Assembly (NCBI RefSeq): GCF_001194135.2
Contig: NC_068997.1
Coordinates: forward strand, 36,655,157-36,719,156
From: Octopus bimaculoides
Taxonomy: Eukaryota
Reading direction: 5' to 3'
Length of the DNA stretch: 64,000 nucleotides
In this document: piece by piece, positions 47,433 through 61,032 of the stretch
Layout of the letters: every line of letters begins with the position of its first letter
Numbering within the stretch: position 1 is the first letter of the stretch
Notes under the pieces: model-generated
Told to the model about the DNA's origin: nothing
Database searches by the model: none
What the model saw: the letters and a program-made list of their open reading frames with translations, nothing else
Program-made: the position numbers and the translations under genes

Positions 47433-50051
47433 AATTTGATTGTAGGCCCAAATTAAATCTATTTTGGAGAATATCCGCACTCGGTTCAGCGAAGTAGAAA
47501 AGTCCTGCAAGTATGGTATGGGATAGGTGTCAGCCACCGTAGCTTTGTTGAGAGCTCTGTAATCTCCGCATGGACGCCAGCCGTTTGTTTCCTTCTTAGG
47601 AACTAAATGAAGAGGGCTGGACCAACTGCTGTTCGACGGTTGAATTATCCCTAGATCTAGCATGTGCTGGAATTCCTGCTTTGCTATGCGCAAGCAGTCT
47701 GGGGGTACTCTCCTTGGTTGCAATGCTACCGGTGGGCCTGTGGTTTCGATACAATGTGTGATGCCATGTTTAATCTCAGTGTTTCTAAATACCGGTCTCG
47801 TGATATCCGGAAACTGGCGAAGAACATCCAAGTAACGTCTAGTGTGGGGAGATACAAGGATTGGTCCGATGTGGGTATTCTTGTGGTAATGCCATGCACA
47901 GTCAGATTGGTGGTGCTATCTACGAGTCTGCGTCGTTTAACATCGACCAAAAGACCAAAGTGGTGTAGAAAGTCGGCTCCTATTATAGGTGTCGGTAACT
48001 TGGCAACAACGAAAATCCACTGAAATAATTGGTGAAGACCTAAATTCAGAGTCAAGAACTGTTCGCCAAAAGTTTGAATGGTTAACTGCTTGGAGAAAAG
48101 TTGGCGTATGTTTCCTGTGTCCTGAGGTTAGTGAAACGGGGAGGATGTTAATCTCGGCTCCGGTATCCACGAGAAAACGGGTACCTGAGGTACGGTCATG
48201 AATATACAACAGACGACTTTTGTTGGCTTGGCCAGGGACGTTCGTCGTCCTTATGTCCTGGCTTGGTCATTTCCCGAATTATGAAGGATGTTGATTTTGT
48301 ATGAGCAGGGTGGCCTGCATGAATGTGCGTCCTTTCCGAATTTCGCATGGTAGAAACACAATCCGGAAGGTGAGTGGCACTAGGGCTTCTGGAGCGGCGT
48401 CTATTAAAATGCCGGTATAGGCTGTGGTCGCGAGACGAACGGTTACGCACTGTTAACTCCTGCATCTGTGCAGACTGTTGCGGTATTAACGCGTGCAGTT
48501 CCAACATCTCAGAGGATTTTGGAGGGTCGGTGAAAGGGTTGGTCGAAGATGCTACTGGTGCAATGGTAGCAAAGGGGTTTGTCGACTCAGCGATTCTATC
48601 GGCCATTTCTGCAAGTTCCTCTATGGTGGTAGATTCCTTCGCAGATGCCAAAATGACTTGTGTGTTAGCAGGCAGTCGCTTAACGAAAATCTGTTTCAGG
48701 ATGCGATCTGGGAGGTTGTTGTCTCCGAGCAACTGTCACATCCAGCGTAATAATTGTGATGGGGTTTTATCTCCCAATTCCTCGGCAATCAAGAGTTGGT
48801 GCAATCGCCGTTGCTCCGAATCGCTTGTTCTTTTTATCAGCTCCAATTTGAAAGTGTCATAAGACACAGAACCTGGTGGGGCCATAACAAATTCCCTTAC
48901 TTCCATCATAATTTCTGGTGACAGAGCACCGATCAAATGAATTAATTTCGCCACATCTGTGGTTATGCGGTTAGAGGCAAACTGTGCTTAGACATGGGCA
49001 AACCAGAGGGCGGGGTCAAATGACCAAAATGGTGGCACTCTTAATGAAATAGCAGCTTGGGGAAGTGCCATATCGACAGAAGATGATGCTGGGTCTTGAT
49101 CAGTCTGATACATGTATAAACAGGTGCTTTTTTTTTTGTAATATTTTTTTTTTAAAGTTTTGTTTGTTGTAAAGTTATAGGTAAATGTGGCTGTCCGTCA
49201 CAAAACCCAAACACATTTTTTTTTTAACAGGGTCACCAGATATAAAGTATTTGTGAGGGCTGCAATTCTCTTGTTCGGGGTCACCAGATATAATGTTTTT
49301 TTGGATTCAGTCATGGAGGAAGCCAATGTTCAATTTGCGTGTTTGCTGCCTATACTGTTTTGGTGTCTCTCTTGTTTATAATCAGGTGTAGAATTGGTTG
49401 AATGCGGTGTAGAACATTAAGTTGACAAAACTTTTAGGATGCGTTATAAGTTATTTATTAAAATGGTAACATTTGCTATATCACAGTAGGTAAACAATAA
49501 TAAATGAAAACAATGTTTACAAGAAACAAATGCAGTTGTGGTATTTGTGATGTGTAAATTGTTGTTTGTGTATCTATGTGTTTTCGCGTGTTTGGCAAGA
49601 CAAAACCTGTGTGCAAAAGAACCTTACTTGTATAGCTGTTGTTTTAGCGATGTGTGCTCTTAGATTAGTAGTAGTAGTCAGCAGTCAAAGATGTCTTAAT
49701 TAGACAGATAATCGTTCTTGCGTAGCGTAGCGTATGCGACCGACCGTGCCACCAACTCTCTGTGATTCTTGGCCAAAATGTCTCTCTATTTATGTGGTCA
49801 CAGCGCTGACAAGTCAAGCTATGTTTGGCTAGCGTTCCCTTGATCTATGGTGTCGAAGGTCAAGTGTTTCGGCTGTTAATTTTTGCCAAACATTTTCCTT
49901 GACATTTGTTATCTATGGTGAATTTCCTTAGTTTTGAATGTGTGGTCTTTTGCTAGGAAACTAAACTTTTGACTGTGAGAAACATTTTCCTCTGAGGTCG
50001 AGTTGTGAGCTTGAGAGATTTGGGTTCAGTTTTGAGTCGAAATCTCTCACA
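47433..50051 (-). mobile_element. Ty3/Gypsy (CsRn1-like) 5' half: putative LTR, PBS, gag, protease, RT start
   Basis: PBS TGGTGACCCCGA (49275-49286); gag VPPFWSFDPALWFA...EELGDKTPSQLLR; FLVDTGAEIN; SSWSSPLHLVPKK..WRPCGDYRALN; LTR extent uncertain. Confidence 0.85.
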
Positions 50052-50133
50052 TATATATAAACCGATAACAATATGAACAAAATATAATACAATACATAGA
50101 TAAACAAATGGAATTAAATACTACATACGTTTT

Positions 50134-50247
50134 AGATTGGAGCCTGGTATTGCCATCCAGTTTCACCAGCCCTCAGTCAAATCGTCCAACCCATGCTAGC
50201 ATGGAAAGCGGACGTTAAACGATGATGATGATGATGATGATGATGAT
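50134..50247 (+). mobile_element. Short RTE 3' tail insertion
   Basis: Terminal ~90 bp matches 225-333, then (GAT)n. Confidence 0.85.
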
Positions 50248-51049
50248 ACGTTAACAAAATTAAATTACATACAAAAAAAAAAGAAGTAGGTATAAACACA
50301 TGAACAAATGAATAAAAACAAATTAAACGAACATGTATAAACAAGGGATACAGATAATACAGGCACTCCCCATACACAAACATGCACTTACAAAACATAG
50401 AGACACATTGAGGGATATGCATGCGTAGACACATACAATAGGAATACAAAATGACTGATCGTTAGCAAGGTGAGACACACATATAAGAAAGAAGAAAGCA
50501 AAGGACCACTGATGAGGTCACAGAAGTGTGACAAAAGAACTCTGGCCGAAATATGATCAATGTAATGTAATATAAAGCTGAAGCAAATTAACACCAAATA
50601 TACAGTGCATGTGTTTTTATTGGCTAAACTGGCAACATGACCATCCCCAAATACAANNNNNNNNNNNNNNNNNNNNNNNNNNNNNNNNNNNNNNNNNNNN
50701 NNNNNNNNNNNNNNNNNNNNNNNNNNNNNNNNNNNTCATATAATTAAGGTATCTTCTGCTTGATGCGTAGCTAGCTGAGCACCCCTCATTGAATAATTAT
50801 TACATCAGATCTACTAGCTAGGAAACATACATAACCTGAACTTTGCCTGTTCCACTCCTTCAATTTGGATTTTTATATTCAAGTTGTTAACCAGGGACTG
50901 TGTAAAAAAAATTGTTTCAGCTCATCAAATTTCGATGTGAGAAAGACCTGCAACCCTCACTAATAAATTATTGTTCCTGAACATTATTTTTTTATAGCTT
51001 ACAGACTTTCTACACTTAGATCCTATAAATTACACACATATACATACAC

Positions 51050-51088
<39 letters not shown>

Positions 51089-51090
<2 letters not shown>

Positions 51091-51360
51091 CATCATCATC
51101 ATTTACTGTCCATTCTCCATGCTAGCATGGGTTGGATGGTTTGACAGGAGCTGGTCAGCTGCGGAGCTGCCCAGGCTCCTTTTTGTCTGTTTTGGCATGG
51201 TTTCAACAATAGGATGCCCTTTCTAATACCAACCACTTTACAGAGTGTACTGGATGTTTTTAATGTAGTACCAGCACAGGTGCTTTTTCATGACACTGCT
51301 GCAGGTGCTTTTACGTGGCACCAGCACCCACAAGCCCACAAAAACTAGGATCTCTCAGCT
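51089..51360 (-). mobile_element. Older RTE-derived 3' tail
   Basis: (TCA)n, ttctccatgctagcatgggttgg. Confidence 0.65.
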
Positions 51361-51377
51361 GAGAGAGAGACATAGAG

Positions 51378-51641
51378 CAGTGCTACTCAAAGTGGTGGTC
51401 CATGGACTGGTGCCAGTCCGTGAGCCATCAGCTGCGAGTTTCCAGGAAAGAAAGAAACATTGTAAAATTGTATTATTTGTTTACAAAATAAATATAAGAT
51501 TTAAAAAATTGTCAACTTTTATTATATTCATTATGTATGTTGTTTCTGGTATAAATTAATATTACTAAAAAATATTACCTATCCCTGGTGCATTGAAAAA
51601 AAACTGCCGGTATGCCACATTGGATAGTTTGAGAAGCACTG
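51378..51641. mobile_element. hAT-type MITE
   Basis: CAGTGCT(A/T)CTCAAA TIRs; 8-bp TSD ACATAGAG/GCATAGAG. Confidence 0.8.
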
Positions 51642-51791
51642 GCATAGAGGACATTCCTGTATGAATTGACAGCCATGATTTTATTTAGTTTGATGTGTTT
51701 TCTCAAGGACATGTATTTGCAAATGCATATGTCTGCACTCAATGCACACTCTAGTGATTATGCTTGTAGCGGTGCAGATGTATAGGATTAA

Positions 51792-51994
51792 CCCTTTAGC
51801 ATCAGATTATTCTGTCAAATGTTAATTCACATTCTTTTGAATCAGTTATGCATTATTTCATTACTCTATGATGTCGTTGATGTAATTTTTTTTATTTTAA
51901 GAATGGCATTGTAGCATAGGTGTGAGAGACTGGATCTGGCCATAAGACAAGTAAAATATTTTGGTCAGATATGGTTGGTTTAAATGCTAAAGGT
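51792..51994. mobile_element. piggyBac-type MITE, copy 1
   Basis: TTAA|CCCTTTAGCA ... TGCTAAAGGT|TTAA. Confidence 0.75.
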
Positions 51995-52346
51995 TTAATG
52001 TGTGCTAACTGAGGAGTACTATGTGGTTTTGTTATGGTGAAGAGAAATATTTGTAGGGGTGGTTAGTAGCAGGTATGTTTGTTGGTGTGATGATGTAGAT
52101 TTCAACATGTCTGAATGTGCATTTGAAGTAATCACTTCTATCTGTGTGCCAGTGTGTATATGCAGTTTTACTCTTCGATGATGTGTAGATGTATAGGATA
52201 ATGTACGTGGTGTGTTATGGAAAGGTACAATGTGGAAGTTGTAATACATTGTGGTTAGGTGCAGTTGTGTGAATATGACCATGCTATTCATACCTGAAAT
52301 ATGAATAGCATATTTAGTTGACTGGAACTTCAATATTCATCTTTAA

Positions 52347-52545
52347 TCCTTTAGTATTCAAATTAATGTCAAACATAATGCTTATTTATTCAGATTGTTT
52401 AGAATTAATCATGCATTATCTTGTACCTTTGAGATTTCAATATAATTATTTATTTTTGCATTAACATTGTATGGAAGGTATGAGAAAGCTGATCTAGCTA
52501 GTTTGAACATTTGGGTCAGATATTGTTGGTTTAAGTGCTAAAGGG
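52347..52545. mobile_element. piggyBac-type MITE, copy 2
   Basis: TTAA|TCCTTTAGTA ... TGCTAAAGGG|TTAA; interior similar to copy 1. Confidence 0.75.
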
Positions 52546-52657
52546 TTAAGAGCTTATTCAAAGACAAAATTTGAAGTCACAGTCAACTTAATATAATCAA
52601 TAATTTTACTTTACTAAATGTATAGAGTTCTACCAGCAATATTTTATTGTTTTTTAA

Positions 52658-52824
52658 GGCAGCTAGCTGGCAGAATCATTAGCACGCTAAGCAGAATGCT
52701 TAGGGGCATTTTGTCTGTCTGTACATTCTGGGTTCGAATTCCACCAAGGTCAACTTCGCCTTTCATCTTTTTGCAATTAATAAATTAAATACCAGTTGAA
52801 CACTGGGGTCAATGTAATCAACTA
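52658..52824 (+). mobile_element. tRNA-derived SINE family A (3' end in gap)
   Basis: ggcagctagctggcagaatc head, GGGTTCGAATTCC B box. Confidence 0.8.
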
Positions 52825-52999
52825 NNNNNNNNNNNNNNNNNNNNNNNNNNNNNNNNNNNNNNNNNNNNNNNNNNNNNNNNNNNNNNNNNNNNNNNNNNNN
52901 NNNNNNNNNNNNNNNNNNNNNNNNTCCATTAGACATTCTAAAATACTATTAAATTTCATTCAATTTAAAAAAGGGTAAAATCGGACAGAACTTATGGGA

Positions 53000-55910
53000 T
53001 GACCTGTAAATATAAGAAGCCTGCTACAGAACAACAGTAAATGTGCAAAATTGCACACCTGAAGAATCTTTCTGCATGCAATCAAGCTATATGCATTTCA
53101 CTTACAGAAACACATCTATCTGCAGACATAAATCATGCGGAGTTACTCATAACAATGTATGCTATCTTCTGTACAGACAAGAAAAAGAAGTCATAGTGGA
53201 GTTGCAATGTACATCCGTGAAGATGTCACACCATTAACCCTGTTATCGAATTCAAATTTGGTGTGTGACACACTCATAGTACATCTAAAGCAAATTGATA
53301 TAGTGATATGCACACTATATATAGCCCACTTGATGCCTCAAATCATGACGAAAAATTTGGGGAAAGCCTCAGTGCCATAAAGGAAGTACTAACAGAATTG
53401 GATCAATGTACTACTATATTCCTGATGGGTGACTTCAACTTCCCCAACATCAGGTGGTCTGAGGGCAACCGCAGGAATGATGCACAAAGAACAAAATCAA
53501 GCAGAATTTCTACTTGATCTCACAAAAATGCTATTCATGGATCATACTTTCTCCAACCAGGCACAAAAATATCCTGGACCTCTGTTTCACAAACAATGTA
53601 GAAATTATCTACAACGTAAATGTATCACCAAGAATATTCTCAGACCATAACATGATAGAACTGACAATGTATGGCTCGGAATTAACTAAAGATAAACTCT
53701 GCACAGATGCCACTGAAACCCTATCCAACTTAAATTTCTATAAGGCTAACTGAAAGTCACTTGAAAAACAGATACTCCAGCAGGACTGGCCTAAAAGATA
53801 TGAAACTCAATAAATTCAAGTCAATAATGCAAACCATATGCATTAAATATGTCCCAGAGAAGAGAAATAATACACACAAAAACATCATTTCCTGAGACAG
53901 GAGAATACTCATGTGGTGGAGAATAAAGATCGCAACTCGTTTAAACAAACACCTCAATCACAGTGTGAAATCCCACCTGACAGAGGAACTCTTTGAGATA
54001 GAAAATAAACTCAAAATCACCCATGAAAAAGAAAAAAGAAGAAAGAGAAACCTGGGTAGTCAAAAATATAAAAAGAAATCCTAAAGCCTTCTACACATTG
54101 GCAAAGGAGTCTGCCTCAGTACGCTATAAGATAGGGCCACTATTTGGTAAAAATGGCTCACTAACTGCAGACCTGGGGCAGATAAATGAAGCACTAAATA
54201 AACAATTCCAAAGTTTTTTCACTTCTCCACTGGAAAATATGTAAATAAACAAGCCTGAAGAGTTTTTCAATGTAACGAATCTATTTGTAAGAGGCAACCA
54301 CCAATTACATCAACATGGATGTAATATTGGCCATTGATGAGATGAGATCAAACTCAGCAACAGGCCCAAATGAACTCCTGGTTGTTCTCTTAAAGACATG
54401 TGAAAAGACTCTAGCAAAGCCACTGCAGATACTCTTTCAGAGTTTCCTTGCATGTGGTAAACTTCCCAACATGCTAAAAGAGGGTATAATATGCCTTGTC
54501 CATAAAGGAGGGAGCAGAGCAGATGCTAAAAACTACAGGCCTATCTCTCTGACCTGACATGTTAGCAAGACAATGGAATGCATTGTCAGAAAAAGGCTGA
54601 TCATGTTCCTGGAAGAAAACAACCTTCTTACAAACACAGAACATGGCGTCCATCTAGAGAAGAGCTGCTTCACACAGCTGTTGCAGCATTTTAACTGGGT
54701 ACTGAAACAACAGCTAAACCAGTCAGCTATAAATGTGATATACCTCAACTTTGCTAAGGCCTTTAACGAGGTTGATCATGGCATGATATGTCACAAGCTG
54801 CGAAACCTTGGTATTACTGGGAAACTGGGCTGCATGATTTTCTGAAGAGCAGGAGTCAGATAATTGTAACCAATAGCACTCACTCTGAAGAAACACCAAT
54901 TCTCAGCAGAGTCACACAGGAGACTGTACTGGGGCCACTACTATTTGTGGTGGCTCTCTCAGACATGCCCTCCGTAGTACAGTCAACCAATCTGACCAGT
55001 TATGCAGACGACACAAAAGTATTGCAGGCAGTTAGGAACCCAGAAGGCATCATAAAACTGCAGAAAGACCTGAATGAAATATACAAATGGACTAACAAAA
55101 ATAACATGCAGTTCAATGCTATGAAATTTCAGGCACTCCACTATCGGTCCAACACCAGGCTAACATTGGAATACACTGGACCAGAAGGTAATATAGAGTC
55201 AGAGTCAGGGCGTAACCTGGGGGTTCACATGAGCAATGATCCAACATTCCAAGATAGCAACATTGTGCAGGTGAGTGGCTGGATGGATTCTGAGGACATT
55301 CAGAACCAGGAAAAGGAGGCCCTGCTACTCCTATGGCGGACTTTCGTTCTCACCCACTTGGACTATTGCTCCCAACTATGGTCCCCAAAGAGTGTGAAAC
55401 AAACTGTGGAACTCGAAGCAATACAGCGCCAATACCCAAAGAAGATTGACTTGATGGGCTACTGGGAAAGGCTAAAGATGAGAGAGATATGTGGTGATAT
55501 ATATTTGGAAGATCTTGCAGGGTTTAGCTCCCAATTTTGGAATGGACAACTATACCAATCCTTGAACTGAACGGCACTGCATCATACCAAAGATCCCATC
55601 TTCCCCATCTAAAATAAGGACACAGTACTGCAATGGTCTGGGTTTCAAGGGCTCGCAATTGTTCAACATCCTGCTAGGCAATCTTAGAGATCTACATGGT
55701 GTTGATGTGGAAGTTTTCAAGGAATGTCTGGGCAGGTTTCTATCTGAGATACAGGTGAACCCACATCGCAGTAGGAGACACAAAGAAGAGCAGCTCCATC
55801 CAACTCACTACTCCACCAAAAACAATACTGAAAACAACACTGAGTAACTACAGGTGGTACACCAGCATGACCTCAGCCCTGGGCTGAAACCAGTAAACAA
55901 TAAAAGATAG
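53000..55910 (+). mobile_element. CR1/L2-superclade LINE, decayed APE + RT with 3' end
   Basis: SLTETHL, SHSGVAMYI, MGDFNFPNI, SDHNMI; SATGPNEL, NYRPISLT, YLNFAKAF, TVLGPLLF, YADDTK, HLDYCSQLWSP. Confidence 0.9.
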
Positions 55911-56699
55911 ATAAAATATATATATATATTGTATGTGTATATATCTGATTCTCCTCCTACCCTCTAATTTTTACGTAATGATTGTTCCTTCACTGCTACC
56001 TCCCTTCAAACTATTTTGCTTCTCTTCTCATTCCTTTCCATACATTATATGCTCTCTCTCACTCTCTTAAAATGTTTCTCTTTTATATCTCTTCTTGCTT
56101 AACTTTGTTTTCCTCACTGACAACTAACTTCTACATGAATTTCCTTATGTATTTCTCCCCAATTCTTTTTCTCTCACTCAAAACTTACAAATTCTCTAGA
56201 AAATTTAACAGGGTTAGAAGTACATAAGGAAATAGGAAGAGGAGGAAGAAACAAAATAAATAACAAAAGGGAGGAATGAGGAAAACTGTTCTCTTAGCAG
56301 AACACTATTTCTCTTTCTCTCATAAATTTGTTTTAATCATCCATCTTTCTCTTTCTCACTCACTCTCTCTCTCTCTCTCTCTGAATGCTTACTGCTCCTC
56401 ATAAAAATTTGCCAGTGTCTTTAGATGTTTTCACATCAAAAGTTACTTTATTTTAAAAAAATAAAGAAATCTGTCACAAAAACACCGTCTTTGTTTATAT
56501 TTTTTACTTCTCTCATCAGAATCAGTTTACATCTTACATTTCTTGAAATCACATTTTTACAATTTCTCTTTAACCTTGTAGCATAGGTCAGCACCAGAAG
56601 GTGATTATTTCACTGTACATCAATATTTGTCCAGCTTCTTGATTGTTCTTTTTTATATAAAAGTTACTTTGTTATAACAGAAGTTAGACCCTTGCTTAC

Positions 56700-57400
56700 A
56701 ATTGTTTTAAAAATTGGCTTATATTAATAATGCCACAGAAAAGACAACATCTGCTGCCAACTGCATGTGTGTTCTGAGGGCAACTGAAACAAATGTACAG
56801 CATCAACAAAAACCACAAGCTAATGCTGCCAGGAGTGCAGCTTTCAGGTAACTTGAGACTGTTAGTGACAACTGTCCCAGCTACACACGAGTAATGGAAA
56901 ATAGGTGCCTTCAACTATGATCCTAGAAATGGCTATGCTTCAAAACAAATAGTTTCAATTGACACTATGTCCAAAATTTGTAACAAGTCAATAAATGAAA
57001 ATAAGATAAATACAATATGCTGTTCCAATTTGAAAAGTTAAGCTAGCAGTCCTTGTTAATCCACCAGAATCTCTAAAACAAGTTCTTATGACCAATACAG
57101 AAGAATTCATACATTCTCTTTTTAAAGAATGCCAGAAGACATAACTCTGCTTCCTATATAATTTCCTTTGGAACCAATATCATTAGAGAAAAAGAAATTC
57201 ATGCCAACTTTTAAAGTACAAGGGTAAATCTACCATAAAATTTGTTCGCTTCAGTCCCATTCTGATGGAGAACTCTGGTTTTTGCAGCTGTACTTTGTTT
57301 ATGACTTTAAGAGAAAGGCTCATAATAGAAACACCATCTATTGAGGCACGATATTTGAATCAATTCTTGAACTTCAATATATGATCCAATATACCTGCCT
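56700..57400 (+). pseudogene. Helitron RepHel N-terminal region remnant
   Basis: AFNYDPRNGY..IVSIDTMSKIC, ICCS, FMPTFKVQG*IYHKICSL, FLQLYF. Confidence 0.75.
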
Positions 57401-58089
57401 CCTAGCTTCCCTGCTGGTTATTTGATACATTTCCCTGCTAATATGTATATGTATATATATATATATATAAAATATATAGTTTTAGGGAAAATAACCAATT
57501 TTCAAGAACTCATCGATGAAAATCCACTATCACATATAGAAAAATTAATAATTAAAAGCACAATAAATGAGTATAATATAAAGTAAAGTAAATATCATAA
57601 GATAAATATAATAAAAAGATTACACGTGTTTATATATACTTTATCTATAAGGCTCAATTTAATTTTAATTTTTATAAATTGATTTTAATTGAGTTTTTTA
57701 CCTGTAATTTTGGATTTTGTCCCTAATATTATTATTATATATATATATGGATCAAAATAGTTTGATTCAAATTCGTTGGTACTCTTGAGTTTCAAGCGTG
57801 ATGCTAGTCATCAGTCATTTTGAATATGAATGACAGAAGTTGATTGTTATTACTGTAAGGTAGGCTACAATTGGTTGAGGAAGGTCACAGGGTGTCGTGG
57901 TTTGACGTTGATATATGGGTAACACTTAGAAAATACCGCATGGTGAACAGGAAATAGAACACATGGCAATTAGGAAATCGGTCAGGTTGATGGGGGTGTG
58001 TAGTTCTATATGTGGGTGTGTAGATGCGCTTATATGATTTTGCATGCAATGAGTAAAAGAGTATGTGTGTATTGATGTAAGCATGCACA

Positions 58090-59550
58090 TCTGTACATCA
58101 CAACTACAATTTCATTTGGCTTGACAGATCTTCTCAAGCACAGCACATTGCCAAAGGTCTCAGTCACTAGTCATTGCTTCTGTGAGGCTCAATGTTCAAA
58201 GATCATGCTTCACCACCTTCTCCCATGTCTTCCTGGGTCTACCACTACCACAAGTTCCCTCAGCAGTTAGAGATCAGCACTTCTTTACACAGCTGTCTTT
58301 GTCCATATGCATCACATGACCATACCAGCACAGCTGTCTCTCTTGCACACTATATATGATGCCTCTTATGCCTAACTTTTCTCTCAAGATGCTTACACTC
58401 TGTCAAACATGCACACTGACATTGCACATCCAGCGAAACATACTAGCTTCATTTCTTTCAAACCTACGCATGTCTTCTGCTGTTACAGCCCACATTTCAC
58501 TGCTGTGTAGCATAGCTGTTCGCACACAGGCATCATACAATTTGCCTTTCACTGAGAAATAGGTCCTTTGTTGCCAGCAGAGGTAGGAGCTCTCAGAACT
58601 TTGCCCAGCCTAAACTTATTCTCACAGCTATGCCCTTGAAGTATCCACCTCTGCTACTAATCTGGTCATCTAGATAACAGAAGCTATCTACTACCTCTAG
58701 CTCCCCCCCCGCTCCAGGCAGTTGATGGAGTCTATTTTCTGCACATTTTCAGCGTTTATAGTACTTGTGCATCTTCTACATACAAAAGCTATTTTCCCTG
58801 TTAGTTTTCCACTAATATTACTGCACCTTTTATGAGTCCAAAGCTTACACCAGGTGCACCTTATAGAGTTTCTACCGATACCTTTCCTACAGATCAAGCA
58901 AGGCCATCTAACTGAAGGGATTTGTGAATTGTCTGCCTTCCTACTTTGATTTTTGCTAGGTTAACTCCAAGGCCCTTCAATTTTAGACCTTGCTTCTATA
59001 CCTAGAACTTCTCTAGTTCTGGTAGTGGTTCAGCTATAAGAGCAAGGTCATCAATGTAGAGGACCTCCCAGGGGCAGCCTGCCTTAAATTCCTGTTATTC
59101 CCTGGAGGTCTATTATGAACAAGAAGGGGCTAAGGACTGATCCTTGGTGAACCCCTACTTCTACTCTGAATTATATGCTATACTTGTTGCCAACCCTCAC
59201 CTTACTGGTGTATCCCTGTACAAGGATTGTATAGCTCTCACCAACCACTCATCTATCCCTAGTTTCTGCACTGACCACCAGATAAGGGATCAGGAGACTC
59301 TGTCAAAGGCTTTCTCCAAGTCAACAAAAGCCAAGTACAGAGGTTTATCTTTGGCTAGGTATTTCTCCTGCAGCTGCCTTACCAGAAATATAACATCAGT
59401 GGTAGGCACAAAACCAAACTGCATCTCATCTAGACTAACTCTCTCCCTAAGTAGTTGGGCTATGACTCTCTCTGTAACTTTCATCACCCAATCCAACAAT
59501 TTGATACCTACTTTCATCACTTGATCCAGCAATTTGATACCTATTTGATA
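58090..59550 (-). mobile_element. RTE LINE RT remnant
   Basis: IKLLDQVMKV (duplicated), QFGFVP, LAFVDLEKAFDRV; same family as 42189-45070. Confidence 0.85.
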
Positions 59551-59559
59551 TATATATAT

Positions 59560-59790
59560 ATAAATGCCTACCATTATCTTAATGTCTGTTCTCCATGTTG
59601 GCATTGGTTGGATGGTTTGACAAGAGCTGGCAAGCCAGAAAGCTGTGCAAAGCTCTATTGTCCGTTTTAGCATGGTCTCTATGGCTGGATGCATTTTCTA
59701 ACACCAGTCATTTAAAGAGTGTACTGGGTGCTTTTCCATGGCAACCAGCACTAGTAAAGTGACAAAGTAACTTGTAAGACAGAGTCCTCT
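59560..59790 (-). mobile_element. Older RTE-derived 3' tail
   Basis: ttctccatgttggcattggttggatgg...gctggatgc. Confidence 0.6.
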
Positions 59791-60179
59791 TGACCAGGGG
59801 TTTAGTTGTATCAAGGAAGGTGGCTTTGTGCCAGTTGATGAGAGGTTAAAAGAATAACAGAGGAATAAAGGTAGGTGTCTCTTCTTGAAGAGATAGAAGG
59901 ATACCCCAGTTGAAGTAAAAGGGAGAGAAGGGGACTTAGAGAAAACTGCTAATGACTAGGTAATGTTTGAAAAGAATAAGGACTATTTAGTGTAGTATGT
60001 CAATGATTCTAGTCCCACATTGAAACAGTAATTGAAGCTGAAGGTAGAACCATAGAATAAGAAAGCTTCTCAAAAACAAGTGCACAAATTTTTATTGAAA
60101 TACAATTGGTTTTTATTAGATTAGAGTTGTTTTATTAAATTAAAACATATGTACTAAAATACTTCTTAGCGCCTGTGTG

Positions 60180-60214
<35 letters not shown>

Positions 60215-60425
60215 CCTCATCATCATATCACTTAGCATCCATTTTCCATGCTGGCATGGGCTGTATAGTTTGACAGGATCTGGTGAGTCACAGGGCTGTA
60301 ATGAATCCCAATGTCAGTTTGGCATGGTTCTTACAAGTGGATGGTTTTCTTAATACCAACTACTTTACAGTGTGTACTGAGTGCTACCAGCACTAATGAG
60401 GTTGCCAAGTAACTTACAAGACATG
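60215..60425 (-). mobile_element. Older RTE-derived 3' tail
   Basis: (TCA)n, ttttccatgctggcatggg. Confidence 0.6.
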
Positions 60426-60943
60426 AAAAGAGAAAAGAAAGGAAAAAGAAAAATACCACCCCCTGCAACTAAGTGATGGTAAGTCTTTGAGATGTCAGCA
60501 GCTTTATATCAGTAATTGAAAGGCTAAATTATGATGGAGGAACAAGCGCAGTTGTCTTGCCATAGAGAAGATATGTGGCCAGCTGGATTGCCAGAGTAAA
60601 CTCAAGGTACAAGATGGAAAGCATAAGAAAGGATATGGACAGTGGATCAGAGGAAGGGGAGTACATTCATAAGAGTGTGAGGAGAAAGTGATAGCTGATG
60701 TGCATGTATGTACACACACACACACACACACATATATATAAATAGACGTGTGTATTCTTTCCTTGCTTACAATTAACATGGAAAAAATAGATAAATAGTT
60801 ACCAGGGTAGCAAAAAATCGCACAAGTAAAAAAGCTGTAACACCTTGTTTTTAAAGGTAGAAACTCCAGGTTTACGTGAAATATTTTGTATAATATGTAT
60901 AAAAATAAATGGAGTTAAACACAGGTGTTATTCAAATTCTTTT

Positions 60944-61032
60944 ACTTCCGACACATGTTTCGAAGATATCATTGGTAATATTCCAAAGGAATAAAATGGT
61001 ATAAAACAACATAATCTTCTCTTCAGGGAAAT
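60944..61032 (-). ncRNA. Type I hammerhead ribozyme, apparently intact
   Basis: AUUUCC-CUGAAGA-GAAGAU...AUCUUC-GAAAC-AUGU-GUC-GGAAGU; 6-bp stem I, 6-bp stem II, ACAUGU palindrome; predicted cut 3' of C60950. Confidence 0.8.

Noticed and set aside
56696-56850. Plus-strand exon-like segment ending CAG|GTAACT
   Set aside because: Continuous with the Helitron N-terminal remnant
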